Assembly: GCA_963823665.1 (NCBI GenBank)
Contig: CAWGMQ010000003.1
Span: 928,001 to 992,000 of the forward strand
Reading direction: 5' to 3'
Length of the DNA: 64,000 nucleotides
Source: an uncultured Planctomycetota bacterium
GTDB lineage: Bacteria; Planctomycetota; Planctomycetia; Isosphaerales; Isosphaeraceae
Shown: piece after piece, positions 43,969 to 53,727 of the stretch
Layout: each line of letters begins with the position of its first letter
How positions within the stretch are numbered: the first letter of the stretch is position 1
Notes under the pieces: model-generated
Told to the model about the DNA's origin: nothing
The model's input: only the letters and a program-made list of their open reading frames with translations
Databases searched by the model: none
Position numbers and translations under genes: made by a program

Positions 43969-44853
43969 TTACTTCTTGGGGTCGAGGTTCTGCTCGAGTA
44001 ATTCGGGGCCGATCTTGCACTCGACGCCATCCGTCGGCACATCCATCTTCGCCGTCCACAAGAGCGCGTTCAGCACCAGTTTGCGGAAGTTCGGGTCGCC
44101 CCAGTTCTTGTGCGCATGAGCGCCAGTGAATCCGAATCCTCTTCCCCCATCGGGCCGCTCGACGGCCCACGCCAGCACCTCGTCGCGCCCCTTGGCGGCG
44201 ACGATGTGGGCATACGGACCACGGGGGGCGGACGACTTGCCGCCTCGGGCCTCGTCGTCGGGCTTTGCCGAGAGGATCGGCGTGATCCCCTTCATCTCCG
44301 GACGGAATCGAATGTTGAAGTACCACTCATCCTTGATCGAGAACGGCTTCACGCCGCGGGTGATCGGATGCTCGGGAAACGACAGGAAGTCAGCCACCCA
44401 GTGCGGGTTGGTCGAATAGCCGGTTTCATAGTACCCGCCGATCCAGTCCAGGAACTTGTCGCCGGGCTTGCCCTTGGGCACCTCGACGGCGTAGTGCAAA
44501 CAGGCGATCCCGACGCCCTTATCCATCAATTTCTGGATGATCTCCAGGTGGTCTTCCTGAATGATCGGGTGGCCGCCGCCGCCGTCCATGAAGAAGACGA
44601 TCGCGCGGGCTCCGTCAAAGATGGATTCGTCTTTGGGCCATCCCCCGGCGACGAACACGGGCTGCACGTCCAGCACCTCAGCCAGACATTTCTCCAGCAG
44701 CTTGCAGCCGGCGTTGAACTCGTGATCGCCCGGTCCGTGGCTCGGCCGGCCCGCCACCAGCACGATCTTGGCCGCGTCGGCAGCGTGGGCAGATTCGACT
44801 GCGAAACAAAAAGACAAGACGACGGCGCACGCCAAAGTGAGCAGCTTTCTCAT
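43969..44853 (-). CDS. secreted ThuA-like domain protein
   Basis: Signal peptide, KIVLVAGRPSHGPGDHEFNAGC, HPITRGV, DEWY, GGRGFGFTGAHAH. AAGGAG RBS before ATG 44853. Confidence 0.85.
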   Translation of the reverse strand: MRKLLTLACAVVLSFCFAVESAHAADAAKIVLVAGRPSHGPGDHEFNAGCKLLEKCLAEVLDVQPVFVAGGWPKDESIFDGARAIVFFMDGGGGHPIIQEDHLEIIQKLMDKGVGIACLHYAVEVPKGKPGDKFLDWIGGYYETGYSTNPHWVADFLSFPEHPITRGVKPFSIKDEWYFNIRFRPEMKGITPILSAKPDDEARGGKSSAPRGPYAHIVAAKGRDEVLAWAVERPDGGRGFGFTGAHAHKNWGDPNFRKLVLNALLWTAKMDVPTDGVECKIGPELLEQNLDPKK

Positions 44854-45013
44854 GATTAATCTCCTTATACGAAGCGATCCGCCGATCCCTTTCCCCCCCT
44901 CGCAACGGGGGGGCCAGGGGGGGTGAAGGGCGGCACACGGCAGTGATCCGACCGAACCGCCGCAACCAAGCGGACGAACCGCCGTTCCCTTTCGGTCGCT
45001 CTCGAAAAACGCA

Positions 45014-45038
45014 CTTTCGCGGAGCGAAAGGCGACAAT
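45014..45038. repeat. REP-like hairpin CTTTCGC-GGA-GCGAAAG-GCGACAAT (intact version of the IS1182 target)
   Basis: Matches the sequence rebuilt by joining the IS flanks (4782-4792 with 6448-6462, one GGA copy removed). Confidence 0.7.
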
Positions 45039-45044
45039 GAAGTT

Positions 45045-46337
45045 TCAGATCAGCTCGGTGACGCCCGGCTTCGGAACGGGGGGCTCGGGCATCGGGTTGC
45101 CCATGGCCAGGTTCTGCGGGAACGTGTCGAGCTTGGAGTTGAGCGCGACTTCCCAGGGAACGGCCTTGCCGGTGTAGGCCGACATCCGCCCCATGATGGC
45201 CGTCAGCGTGCTCTCGGCAACCTGCTTCAGCTCGCAGACCGGCTTGTGCGAGACGATGCTCTCGAGCAGGTCGATATGCTCTTGCACGTACGCATTGATC
45301 TCGTTGGCAATGCGAACCCGATCGTTCGTTGCGCCGCTGAAGCGATACCCGCCGCTGTGCCACTGCCCCTTGGTGCCGACCATCGTTTCCGAGACGTTGT
45401 TTTCACAGCCCTCGATCTGGCGGGCCATGCTCATGACGTGCACGCCGTTCGGAAACTCATAATCGACCGCGAAGTGGTCGTAGCTCTGGCCGTACTCGGG
45501 CTCGCTGATCACCTGGCGGCCGCCCATGCCGACGGCCCGCACTGGATGCGCGCCAATCGCCCAGCAGGCCACGTCGAGGTTGTGCACGTGCTGCTCGACA
45601 ATGTGGTCGCCGCAGAGCCAGAGGAAGTGGTACCAGTTCCGGATCTGGTACTCGGTGTCCGACCAGCCGGGCTGCCGCTTGTTGGCCCAGATCGGCCCTT
45701 GATTCCAGTAGACCTGGCCGCCGGTGATGTCGCCGATCGCCCCGTCGTGAATGCGCTTCAAGCATTCGACGTAGCCCGCCTGGTGGCGGCGCTGGGTGCC
45801 GGTCACGACCGAGAGCCCCTTCTTGACGGCTTCATCGTGGGCAGCCAGCACCTTGCGAATGCCGGTGCCGTCAACCGCAACCGGCTTCTCGGCGAAGAGG
45901 TGCTTGCCGGCCTTGATCGTCGCTTCGATGTGCTGGGGACGGAATCCCGGAGGAGTCGCCAGCATCACCATGTCGCAGCAGTCGATGACTTTCTGGTAGG
46001 CGTCAAGGCCGGCGAAACAGCGATCGTCGGCGACATCCACCTTGTCTTTGGTGGCGTTGTTCTCCTTGAGCCGGTCGCGGCAGTTCCTGAGACGGTCGGG
46101 GAACGCGTCGGCCATGGCAAAGATCTTGATGTTGTAAGTCGACCCCGCCGCCTTGCAAACATCATCCGCCGCGCCGCTGCCGCGGCCGCCGCAGCCGACC
46201 AGACCGACCTTGATCGTGTCGCTGCCCGCGGCGTGGGCATTTGACAACATGCCCAGACCCAAGGTGGCCGCGGTGGAGCTCATCAGGAAACCACGTCGAG
46301 ACGCAAGAAGCGGGTTCGTGGCGCCGGGGTTGGTCAT
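45045..46337 (-). CDS. Tat-exported Gfo/Idh/MocA-family oxidoreductase
   Basis: SRRGFL twin-arginine signal, VGLVGCGGRG, ATPPGFRPQH, AEKP, EQHVHNLD. Confidence 0.93.
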   Translation of the reverse strand: MTNPGATNPLLASRRGFLMSSTAATLGLGMLSNAHAAGSDTIKVGLVGCGGRGSGAADDVCKAAGSTYNIKIFAMADAFPDRLRNCRDRLKENNATKDKVDVADDRCFAGLDAYQKVIDCCDMVMLATPPGFRPQHIEATIKAGKHLFAEKPVAVDGTGIRKVLAAHDEAVKKGLSVVTGTQRRHQAGYVECLKRIHDGAIGDITGGQVYWNQGPIWANKRQPGWSDTEYQIRNWYHFLWLCGDHIVEQHVHNLDVACWAIGAHPVRAVGMGGRQVISEPEYGQSYDHFAVDYEFPNGVHVMSMARQIEGCENNVSETMVGTKGQWHSGGYRFSGATNDRVRIANEINAYVQEHIDLLESIVSHKPVCELKQVAESTLTAIMGRMSAYTGKAVPWEVALNSKLDTFPQNLAMGNPMPEPPVPKPGVTELI

Positions 46338-46425
46338 CGCTTGTCTCTCCTCTGGGGTTTGAGCCGGAATCCAGTCGAAAACCGATTTTTGTCATCTGGC
46401 CGGCCAGACGGCCGGTCTGCACCAA

Positions 46426-47481
46426 TCAACGGGTCGATTTACCTTTGACAACTTGTGACTTGAGCCCCTTCAGATTGTCTTGTTCTTTGAGAGGCCGCAC
46501 GATCCGGAAGCCCACGAACGTTGCGTCGGTGTGCCACCAGATGCTCTGTGGCCGCTGAGGGTCCTGCACGCTCCACTCCGGGTTCGACGCCTTTCGCGCC
46601 GCCGAGCGCAGGTTCTCGGCGTCATCATCCCACGATCCGCCGCGGGCCACATAAGGATACTCCTTGGCGTCGGGCAGGACCACCGGCCCCTTGCCCGGCG
46701 AGGCCGCGGCAAACTTCTTGTAAGCAGCCGAATCGTAGTGGTCCAGGCACCACTCGGCGACATTGCCGTGAATGTCGTAGAGGCCCCACGGGCTGGGCTT
46801 CTTCTTGCCGACGGGCATCGGCTTCTCGGCATTGTTGACGAACCAGGCGTACTCGCTCTTGTCATCCAGCTCGTCGCCCCAGAAGTAGGCGGTCTTGGTG
46901 CCGGCGCGGCAGGCATATTCCCACTCGGCTTCGGTGGGAAGGCGATAGATCAAACCCGTCTTCTCTGAGAGCCAGCGGCAATACTCCATGGCCGCATGGT
47001 GGGTGATGCAGATCGCCGGCTGGCCGCTTCGGCCGTAGCCGAAGGTTGAGTCAGCGTACGGCGGCGTGGGCCGCGTCACGGCGTCGGCCTTCTTCTCCAG
47101 ATCGGATTGCTTCGCCACGTCGACGTTTTCGCGTTTCTTCTTCTTCAGGTCATAAGAGAACGCGAATTGCTCGTACTCGTCCCACGTCACTTCCCTGGCG
47201 CCCATCCAGAATGGCTCGATCTGCACGGTGTGCTGCGGCTCTTCGTCCTTGCCGTGCTTGGCCTCGCCGGTGGGTGCCCCCATCTCGACCGTTCCGGCGG
47301 GAATCGGAACCATGTCGAACTTGATGTCGGTGCTGGGGATGACCTGAATGTAAGACTTCATGGACGAGGCCGATGTCCCGCCCGGCGGCTCCTGCGGTGC
47401 GGAACGGGCTGTTTCCGTGCCCGCGATGCCGATGGCCAGAGCGGCCACGGCGAGACGAACGGCGTGCGAGGGACTGATCAC
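46426..47481 (-). CDS. secreted FGE-sulfatase/SUMF1-fold protein lacking the FGE catalytic cysteines
   Basis: RLPTEAEWEYACRAG, WGLYDIHGNVAEW, RGGSWDD, GFRIVR; signal peptide after GTG 47481. Confidence 0.88.
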   Translation of the reverse strand: MISPSHAVRLAVAALAIGIAGTETARSAPQEPPGGTSASSMKSYIQVIPSTDIKFDMVPIPAGTVEMGAPTGEAKHGKDEEPQHTVQIEPFWMGAREVTWDEYEQFAFSYDLKKKKRENVDVAKQSDLEKKADAVTRPTPPYADSTFGYGRSGQPAICITHHAAMEYCRWLSEKTGLIYRLPTEAEWEYACRAGTKTAYFWGDELDDKSEYAWFVNNAEKPMPVGKKKPSPWGLYDIHGNVAEWCLDHYDSAAYKKFAAASPGKGPVVLPDAKEYPYVARGGSWDDDAENLRSAARKASNPEWSVQDPQRPQSIWWHTDATFVGFRIVRPLKEQDNLKGLKSQVVKGKSTR

Positions 47482-47577
47482 GTTTGGTATGCTCCAGGTT
47501 CGCCAGGGCTGCGCCGCATGGTGGTAAGGTGCGCTCCGGCTCTCGTTGCGTGGGTCGCCAAGGGGGGGGAGGGAATC

Positions 47578-48627
47578 ATGAGGATGCCTGCGGCCGCGGT
47601 CTGGTTCTTGGGCCCAATGCTCGCGGGGACGAGCCCCACCCAGGGGCCCGCGCCGCCGAAAGAGCTCGTGCGTTTCGAGTATGAAGAAACGCACATGGCA
47701 AGCCCGTTCAAGATTGTTTTATACTCCACCGACCCGGCAACCGCCAGACGTGCCTCCCGCGCGGCGTTTGACCGGATCGCCGCACTCAACACCATCCTGA
47801 GCGATTACGACCCCGAAAGCGAGCTCTCGCTGCTCTCGCAATCGGCCGGCAAGAACCCCGTCCAGGCCAGCGCAGATCTCTTCGAAGTGCTCGCCCGCTC
47901 CCGCGCGATGTACGAACGATCAGGCGGAGCGTTTGACGTCACGATTGCGCCGGTGGGCCGGCTCTGGCGGCGCGCACGGCGCGACCACAAGCTGCCGGAC
48001 CCGACGAAGCTCGCTGAGGCGCAGAAGCTCGTGGGTTCGGACCGGATGGTGTTCGACCCGACCGCGCGCACCGTCTGGCTCAAATCCGCGGGCATGAAGC
48101 TGGACGTGGGGGGCATCGCCAAGGGCTACGCGGCGCAGGCGGCTTTGGAAGTTCTCAAACGGGCGGGTATCAACCGTGCCCTCGTGGGTGGAGCCGGTGA
48201 CATCGTGGTGGGCGATGCTCCCCCCGGCAAGAAGGGCTGGACGATCGCGATCGCGCCGCTCGAACCGGGCGGACGAGGTGGTGCGCCGCCGTCGCTCCTC
48301 CTGTCCAACGCGGCGGTCTCGACCGCAGGAGACGCCGAGCGGTTCGTGATCATTGACGGCCATCGCTACTCACACATCATCAACCCGGCGACTGGCCAGG
48401 CTGTGGAAGACCGAGCGAGCGTGACCGTGGTCGCCCCCGACGGGGGGACGGCGGATGCGCTTGAGACCACCGTCTATATCCTCGGGCCGGAGCGAGGATT
48501 GAAGCTGGTGGATGACACACCGGGCGCGGCGGCGATTTATGTACGGTCGACTCCGGAGGGGATCAAGACATTTGAGTCGTCGCGATTCAAACAGATCTCG
48601 AAGGTCTCTGAAGGTACGAACGGATGA
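47578..48627 (+). CDS. apbE: FAD:protein FMN transferase (flavin transferase)
   Basis: HMAS, SDYDPESELS, GAFDVTIAP, LDVGGIAKGY, STAGD, YSHIINPATG, ADALET. Confidence 0.93.
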   Translation: MRMPAAAVWFLGPMLAGTSPTQGPAPPKELVRFEYEETHMASPFKIVLYSTDPATARRASRAAFDRIAALNTILSDYDPESELSLLSQSAGKNPVQASADLFEVLARSRAMYERSGGAFDVTIAPVGRLWRRARRDHKLPDPTKLAEAQKLVGSDRMVFDPTARTVWLKSAGMKLDVGGIAKGYAAQAALEVLKRAGINRALVGGAGDIVVGDAPPGKKGWTIAIAPLEPGGRGGAPPSLLLSNAAVSTAGDAERFVIIDGHRYSHIINPATGQAVEDRASVTVVAPDGGTADALETTVYILGPERGLKLVDDTPGAAAIYVRSTPEGIKTFESSRFKQISKVSEGTNG

Positions 48628-48836
48628 TGGGGTGCAAAGGGACGACGGTGCGCCAAGGGGTTCACCCCCTGGACGGCGTCAACGGCCCGAATCCGTCCAC
48701 CATCTCATCATCAACATCGGCCCCAACGGCTGCGTAATCACATCCACCCCCTAACCACAGCCACCCCCTGATCACACAGCCACCATCTCCTCCGTCGCCC
48801 CCGATCGGGCCCCACCAAACAATCCCAAAAAAAATT

Positions 48837-48867
48837 GGGACCCCGCTGCACCCCTCCTGTCTCAATA
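48837..48867 (+). promoter_or_regulatory. possible ECF-type (autoregulated) promoter
   Basis: GGGACC-16 bp-GTCT upstream of the ECF gene, resembling GGAAC-N16/17-GTCT. Confidence 0.3.
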
Positions 48868-48912
48868 ATGGGGTAGAGCGGAAAGCGCCCGTCATGAACC
48901 GGAGGACCGCCG

Positions 48913-51900
48913 ATGTCACGAGCCCACGTCGAGACCCGCGTCAGCGAGCAGATTCGCACGCTCTTCCAGGCCGGCTCGCTCGGGGCGCTCACCGACGGGC
49001 AGTTGCTCGACCGCTACCTTTCGCCTGACGGGTCGTGCTCGGAGATGGCCTTTGCCGCGGTCGTGGATCGGCACGGACCGATGGTCATGGGCGTTTGCCG
49101 GCGACTGCTGGCTGATACGCACCTCGCCGAAGACGCCTTCCAAGCCGCGTTTCTCGTCCTGGCGCGACGAGCCCGCTCAGTGCGGAATCACGATTCACTC
49201 GGCGGCTGGCTCCATCGCGTTGCCCGGCGAATTGCGATGCGATTGCGATCGGCCCATGAGCGCCAGAAAACCCGGGAACGACCGGGGAACGTGGAGGCTG
49301 CCGTGCAAGATCCCGATCACGCGCTACAGAACGAGCTCAAATCGGCGATCGACCAGGAAATTGACCGTCTCGCCGAGTGGCAGCGCCTGCCCGTGGTCCT
49401 TTGCTGCCTGGAGGGAGTCTCCCACGAAGAGGCCGCACAACGGCTCCGCTGGCCTCTGGGCACGGTGAAAAGCCGGCTGGCCCGAGGGAAAAAACGCCTG
49501 CAAGAACGCCTTGTGCGAAAAGGCTTTGCGCCGTCGGTTGCGCTGGCGACCGCGGCAGGCGCGGGGCTGCTGGGCGGCGAAGCATCCGCCGCCGTGCCGC
49601 CTGCGCTGATCGACGCCACCGCCAAGGCCGCGGCTGCAGTTGCCTCGGGCGCATCGCTCGCCGGGTTGGTCCCATCACCGCTGTCGGCCCTTGTCCGAGA
49701 GGAGTTGAGCACGATGATCGCGACCAAGCTGAAACTGGTTGTGGGAATCCCTCTGGCCGCCGGGGCATCCGCGGCGTTCGTGGGATTCATCCTGGCGGCA
49801 GCTCCGAGTTCCAAGCCCGAGGTGTCGCCTGTGTTTCCCGCCGCGGCTCCACAGAACGAGAAATCGCAAGGCAAGGCCGAGGAACCGACCGTGGCGACCA
49901 AGCTCTCGGCGACCGGCACTGTTCTTGACCAGGCGGGCGGGCCGATCGCGGGCGCACGCGTGATTCTACGCGAGTGGTCCGTCTATCGAGTCCGGGGAAT
50001 GCCTCGCAAGCAAACGGAGAACCTCATCCGAGGCGAGGAACTTCACGACGCGTTGATGGAAACGACGACGGACAACGCGGGACGATTTCGGTTCGACAAC
50101 GTCCCTGCACCGGCCTTTCCGGAAGTCCCGGAGGCGGGCCAGAGCGTCTATCCCTGGGACATCGTCGCGCTCGCGCACGGCCATGGCCTGGCGTGGGTGC
50201 AGCTTACGCCGCAGCATCAGCGTGCACCGATCACGCTCAAGCTCGGCCCGGAAAAAATCATTCGCGGCCGGATCATCGAGCCCGGCGGCAAGCCCGTAGC
50301 CGGGGCGAAGATCAAGGTCCACGGCATCGACCCGCTGGGCCGGCCCCTCGGCAACGGCCTGCAAACCGAAAACCGGCTGAACCTGATCTGGTCGGCGTTT
50401 CCTCTCGGTGCGACCACGGACGCAGACGGCCGATTCACCATCGCCGGAATACCTCCGGAACAGGTCGCCACGCTGATCGTCACCGAACCACGGCACGAGC
50501 GCCTGTCCGTGTTTGCCGCCACGACCGATAAGCCCCAGCCCGAGAATGTCTGGACCTACTACCAGTCCGGTCAACCACGAGAGGTGCGCGAGCCGGTCTA
50601 TTCCGGTGAACTCACGCTCACGGCCAAGGCCGCCAACCACGTTCTCAAGGGCCGCGTGATTTTCGAGGCCGACGGCAAACCGGCTACGGGAGCTTACGTT
50701 GGTTATAACGGATCAAACATCAAGGCCGATGCGAATGGGTCGTTCCGCATTGATGGGCTGGCTGCCGGCAAGATCGAGCTGCATGCAAATCAGTTCAGCT
50801 CGAACGCCGCCCCCCGCGTCGCGCAGATCGAGATACCCGAGACACCCACCGAGATCGAGCACACGATCGCGCTGCCTCCCGGTCTGATCATCACCGGACG
50901 GGTGGTCGACGAAGCGTCGGGACAACCCGTGGCAAAGGCAATGGTCGATTTCACCCCGGCACCGGACGCAAATCAGGCCGCGTCCTTTTTCGCCTTATGG
51001 AAGGAAACCGATCGCGACGGCAAGTTCCAACTCGTCCTGCCGCCAGGCCGCGGAACGGTGTTCCTTCGCACGATCCCGAACCAGTTTCCGCAGCCCGAGC
51101 GTGAATTCACCGGCCAGCCCAAGGACCCTAGGCTCAACCGCGAGGTCTCGGGGGCCGGCGGGCAAACGGTCGACGTTGGTGATTTCAAACTCGCAGCCGG
51201 GCGGACGGTCGTCCTCCGCGTGGTCGACCCCGACGGTCAACCCGTGCCCGACGCCGAGATTCTCGTCCGCGACCCCAACCGCATGTTCGACAAAACAGGC
51301 CCCGCCCGTTCGGACGCCGCAGGACGATCGACGCTGGGCGGGCTGCCGATCGAAACGAGCACCATCGTCGACATCATCGCCATGAACCGATCCCTGGGTG
51401 CGATGGTGGAGGTCCCTGACGCCGCGTCGGCCGGCGCCAACAACCGCGAGATCGAGGCCCGGCTCCAGCCGCTCTTGTCGCTCTCGGGTCGAGTGCTCGA
51501 CGAAGCCGGCAAACCGATCGCCGGCCCGATCGTTCACCTGTACCGCGACGTGGTCTATCCCGGTCAAAGCGGGCGGTCGTTCGGCCTGCCAGTCGGAACT
51601 TTGAACCAGATCAGGAACGACGGCACGTACACCTTCGACCATCTGATCCCAGGCGCAACCTATAACACGCAGGTCGAAGTGAGCGGGTACCCGAACGCAA
51701 CGACCGACCACGTGATGCTGAAACCCGGCCCGCCAATCCGCCTCGATGATTTCCGGCTGCCGATCGCGGATCAGCGCGTGAGCGGAACGGTCGTCGACAC
51801 GCACGGGAAGCCGCTTGAAGGCGTGATGGTCAACGCGCAGCGGACCTCCCAAAAGACCCCTATGTACGCTCCCAGCGGCGGAGTCTGGTTTCAAGAAACC

Positions 51901-52086
51901 AATCCAGGTGGCAGGTTCCAACTGACGAGCCTGCCGCGCGGCCCGATCAAGCTGATGGTTTATCGCAAGCCAGATGGTGCCGACGGCCAGATCAAGGACA
52001 TCCGTTACTTCGACGTGCCCCCCGGTCAAACCGAGATTCGGATCGAACTGCCCGACGCGAACGACCGGCTTCGGGGTATTGACTGA
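48913..52086 (+). CDS. ECF sigma factor with TM segment and long C-terminal carboxypeptidase-regulatory-like repeats
   Basis: Sigma region 2 (HLAEDAFQAAFLVL, GWLHRVA) and region 4 (EAAQRLRWPLGTVKSRLARG); repeated GxVxDxxGxPxxGA / TDxDGRF beta-sandwich motifs. Confidence 0.92.
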   Translation: MSRAHVETRVSEQIRTLFQAGSLGALTDGQLLDRYLSPDGSCSEMAFAAVVDRHGPMVMGVCRRLLADTHLAEDAFQAAFLVLARRARSVRNHDSLGGWLHRVARRIAMRLRSAHERQKTRERPGNVEAAVQDPDHALQNELKSAIDQEIDRLAEWQRLPVVLCCLEGVSHEEAAQRLRWPLGTVKSRLARGKKRLQERLVRKGFAPSVALATAAGAGLLGGEASAAVPPALIDATAKAAAAVASGASLAGLVPSPLSALVREELSTMIATKLKLVVGIPLAAGASAAFVGFILAAAPSSKPEVSPVFPAAAPQNEKSQGKAEEPTVATKLSATGTVLDQAGGPIAGARVILREWSVYRVRGMPRKQTENLIRGEELHDALMETTTDNAGRFRFDNVPAPAFPEVPEAGQSVYPWDIVALAHGHGLAWVQLTPQHQRAPITLKLGPEKIIRGRIIEPGGKPVAGAKIKVHGIDPLGRPLGNGLQTENRLNLIWSAFPLGATTDADGRFTIAGIPPEQVATLIVTEPRHERLSVFAATTDKPQPENVWTYYQSGQPREVREPVYSGELTLTAKAANHVLKGRVIFEADGKPATGAYVGYNGSNIKADANGSFRIDGLAAGKIELHANQFSSNAAPRVAQIEIPETPTEIEHTIALPPGLIITGRVVDEASGQPVAKAMVDFTPAPDANQAASFFALWKETDRDGKFQLVLPPGRGTVFLRTIPNQFPQPEREFTGQPKDPRLNREVSGAGGQTVDVGDFKLAAGRTVVLRVVDPDGQPVPDAEILVRDPNRMFDKTGPARSDAAGRSTLGGLPIETSTIVDIIAMNRSLGAMVEVPDAASAGANNREIEARLQPLLSLSGRVLDEAGKPIAGPIVHLYRDVVYPGQSGRSFGLPVGTLNQIRNDGTYTFDHLIPGATYNTQVEVSGYPNATTDHVMLKPGPPIRLDDFRLPIADQRVSGTVVDTHGKPLEGVMVNAQRTSQKTPMYAPSGGVWFQETNPGGRFQLTSLPRGPIKLMVYRKPDGADGQIKDIRYFDVPPGQTEIRIELPDANDRLRGID

Positions 52087-52113
52087 ACGCTGCTTGAGAG
52101 AAAGGACCCAGCC

Positions 52114-53334
52114 ATGAATGCTCTCCTCGTCACACTGCTGCTCGGCACTACCTTCACGGAAAAGCCGGACATGACAGGCCGCGTACTCTCGAGCGGCGGC
52201 AAGCCGTTGGCCGGTGCTCATGTCATGATCGATTCGGCCGCAGTGCGCCGGGGGACGAGCCCGCTCTGCCCGTCGTGCTATGCTGACTGCCGCAAGAGCG
52301 CGGAAACCGATTCCGATGGCCGCTTCCGCATCGCATCCGTCGACCCCGAGCTGTTTTTCAACGTCCTGGTCGTCGCCGACGGGTTCCTGCCCACGATCGT
52401 CAACAGGACTGACCCCGCCAAAGGACCGATTGCCGTCTCCCTTTCGCCGCTCGACGAAGACAAGCTCGACCCGAAGTGCCTGTTGCGCGGCGTGGTGCTC
52501 GACCCGTCTGATAAGCCGCTCGCAGGGGCCAGGATCTCGGCACAGATGTTCAAGACCGATGCCTTCAGCGGTTACTCGCCCAACATTTTCGACCCCGTCG
52601 CGGTGACCAACCTGCGCGGTGAGTTCGTGCTGACGTCGATTTCGCCGATCACGTACGCCGATCTGAAGGTCGAGGGCAACGGCGTCGCGCCGCGGGTCGT
52701 GCCCGGCAGGAAGCCCGAGTCAAACCCACACACGATCAAGATGCCGGCCGGAGTGACACTCACCGGCCGCCTGGTCCGCGATGGCAAACGCGTGTCTGAA
52801 GCCGCCGTCGGCCTGGTCCAATCCGACCGACGTCTCGGCGGGTATCTGGGTGACCTGACGATCGGAACCGACGAGCACGGGGGCTTCACGTTCTTGAACG
52901 TGCATCCCGATGAAGACTACTTCATTTACGGGATGATGGGGACCATCAAGGACGGCGGCGCCGTGCCGGCGATCCGCGTGCACTCCGGCGCCGACGGCGC
53001 AACCACGGATCTCGGCGATCTGCGGGTTGTGCGCGGCCACCGCGTCAAAGGCCGGGTTGTGCTCTCCGACGGCAAGCCCATACCCCCCAAGACGCGGCTG
53101 ATGCTGAGCCGAGAAGAAGCGTGGGACAATCAGCAAGTCGAGCTCGACGCGGAGGGCGGTTTCGAGCTGAACGGGCTGCCCACGGAAAAGTACACGCTCA
53201 ACATCACGCTGCCCGGCTATCGGATCTCCTCCAAGAACCACAGCGTCGACCCGCAAAACACGTGGCGGCTCGTCGGCACGATCGATCAAGACATCGATTC
53301 GCTCAAGATCTTGATGGAGCCGGGAGAGCGGTGA
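52114..53334 (+). CDS. secreted carboxypeptidase-regulatory-like repeat protein with CPSCYADC motif
   Basis: Repeated GRVLSSGGKPLAGA / TDSDGRF modules; AAGGA RBS; 27 bp downstream of the ECF gene. Confidence 0.8.
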   Translation: MNALLVTLLLGTTFTEKPDMTGRVLSSGGKPLAGAHVMIDSAAVRRGTSPLCPSCYADCRKSAETDSDGRFRIASVDPELFFNVLVVADGFLPTIVNRTDPAKGPIAVSLSPLDEDKLDPKCLLRGVVLDPSDKPLAGARISAQMFKTDAFSGYSPNIFDPVAVTNLRGEFVLTSISPITYADLKVEGNGVAPRVVPGRKPESNPHTIKMPAGVTLTGRLVRDGKRVSEAAVGLVQSDRRLGGYLGDLTIGTDEHGGFTFLNVHPDEDYFIYGMMGTIKDGGAVPAIRVHSGADGATTDLGDLRVVRGHRVKGRVVLSDGKPIPPKTRLMLSREEAWDNQQVELDAEGGFELNGLPTEKYTLNITLPGYRISSKNHSVDPQNTWRLVGTIDQDIDSLKILMEPGER

Positions 53335-53364
53335 AGTGCTGACAACCGCCGGAATTGAGGCCCG

Positions 53365-53727
53365 TCAGCCCGGTTTGGCTTGACCTCCGGGCTTGCCCGG
53401 TGGCAATGTCTGGGGACTGGGGGACTCCGGCGAGTGCAGTATGCCAGCCAGCCGCGCGTTCATCTCGCCAGGGCTGATCCCTTCCACCAGGAACCGCTTC
53501 TGCCGCGACGTCGTCCCTGCGATCAAGTGAATCTGGCTCATCCTGCAAGCCAGTGTCACAGCCAGGATCCGCCCGATCGCCTCGTTCGCCTTTCCCTTTT
53601 CCGGCGGCGACGTCACCGCGACGCGCAGAGCCCCGGCCCGCTCGCCCAGAATCGCATTCCGCTTCGCGCCGGGTTGCGCCAGAACCGGCAAGACTGACCC
53701 GTCTGAGTGAGCCGTGATCGCGATCAA
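53365..53727 (-). CDS. yggU: DUF167/YggU family protein
   Basis: [35 protein letters not shown]; follows yggS. Confidence 0.88.
   Translation of the reverse strand: MIAITAHSDGSVLPVLAQPGAKRNAILGERAGALRVAVTSPPEKGKANEAIGRILAVTLACRMSQIHLIAGTTSRQKRFLVEGISPGEMNARLAGILHSPESPSPQTLPPGKPGGQAKPG

Noticed and set aside
45320..45340. SGAT in the Gfo/Idh/MocA protein as the ApbE target (approx. 45320-45345)
   Set aside because: Context is YRFSGAT with no Asp at the first motif position; likely chance, although not excluded.
46426..47481. True formylglycine-generating enzyme
   Set aside because: Catalytic cysteines after RGGS are absent and there is no sulfatase nearby.
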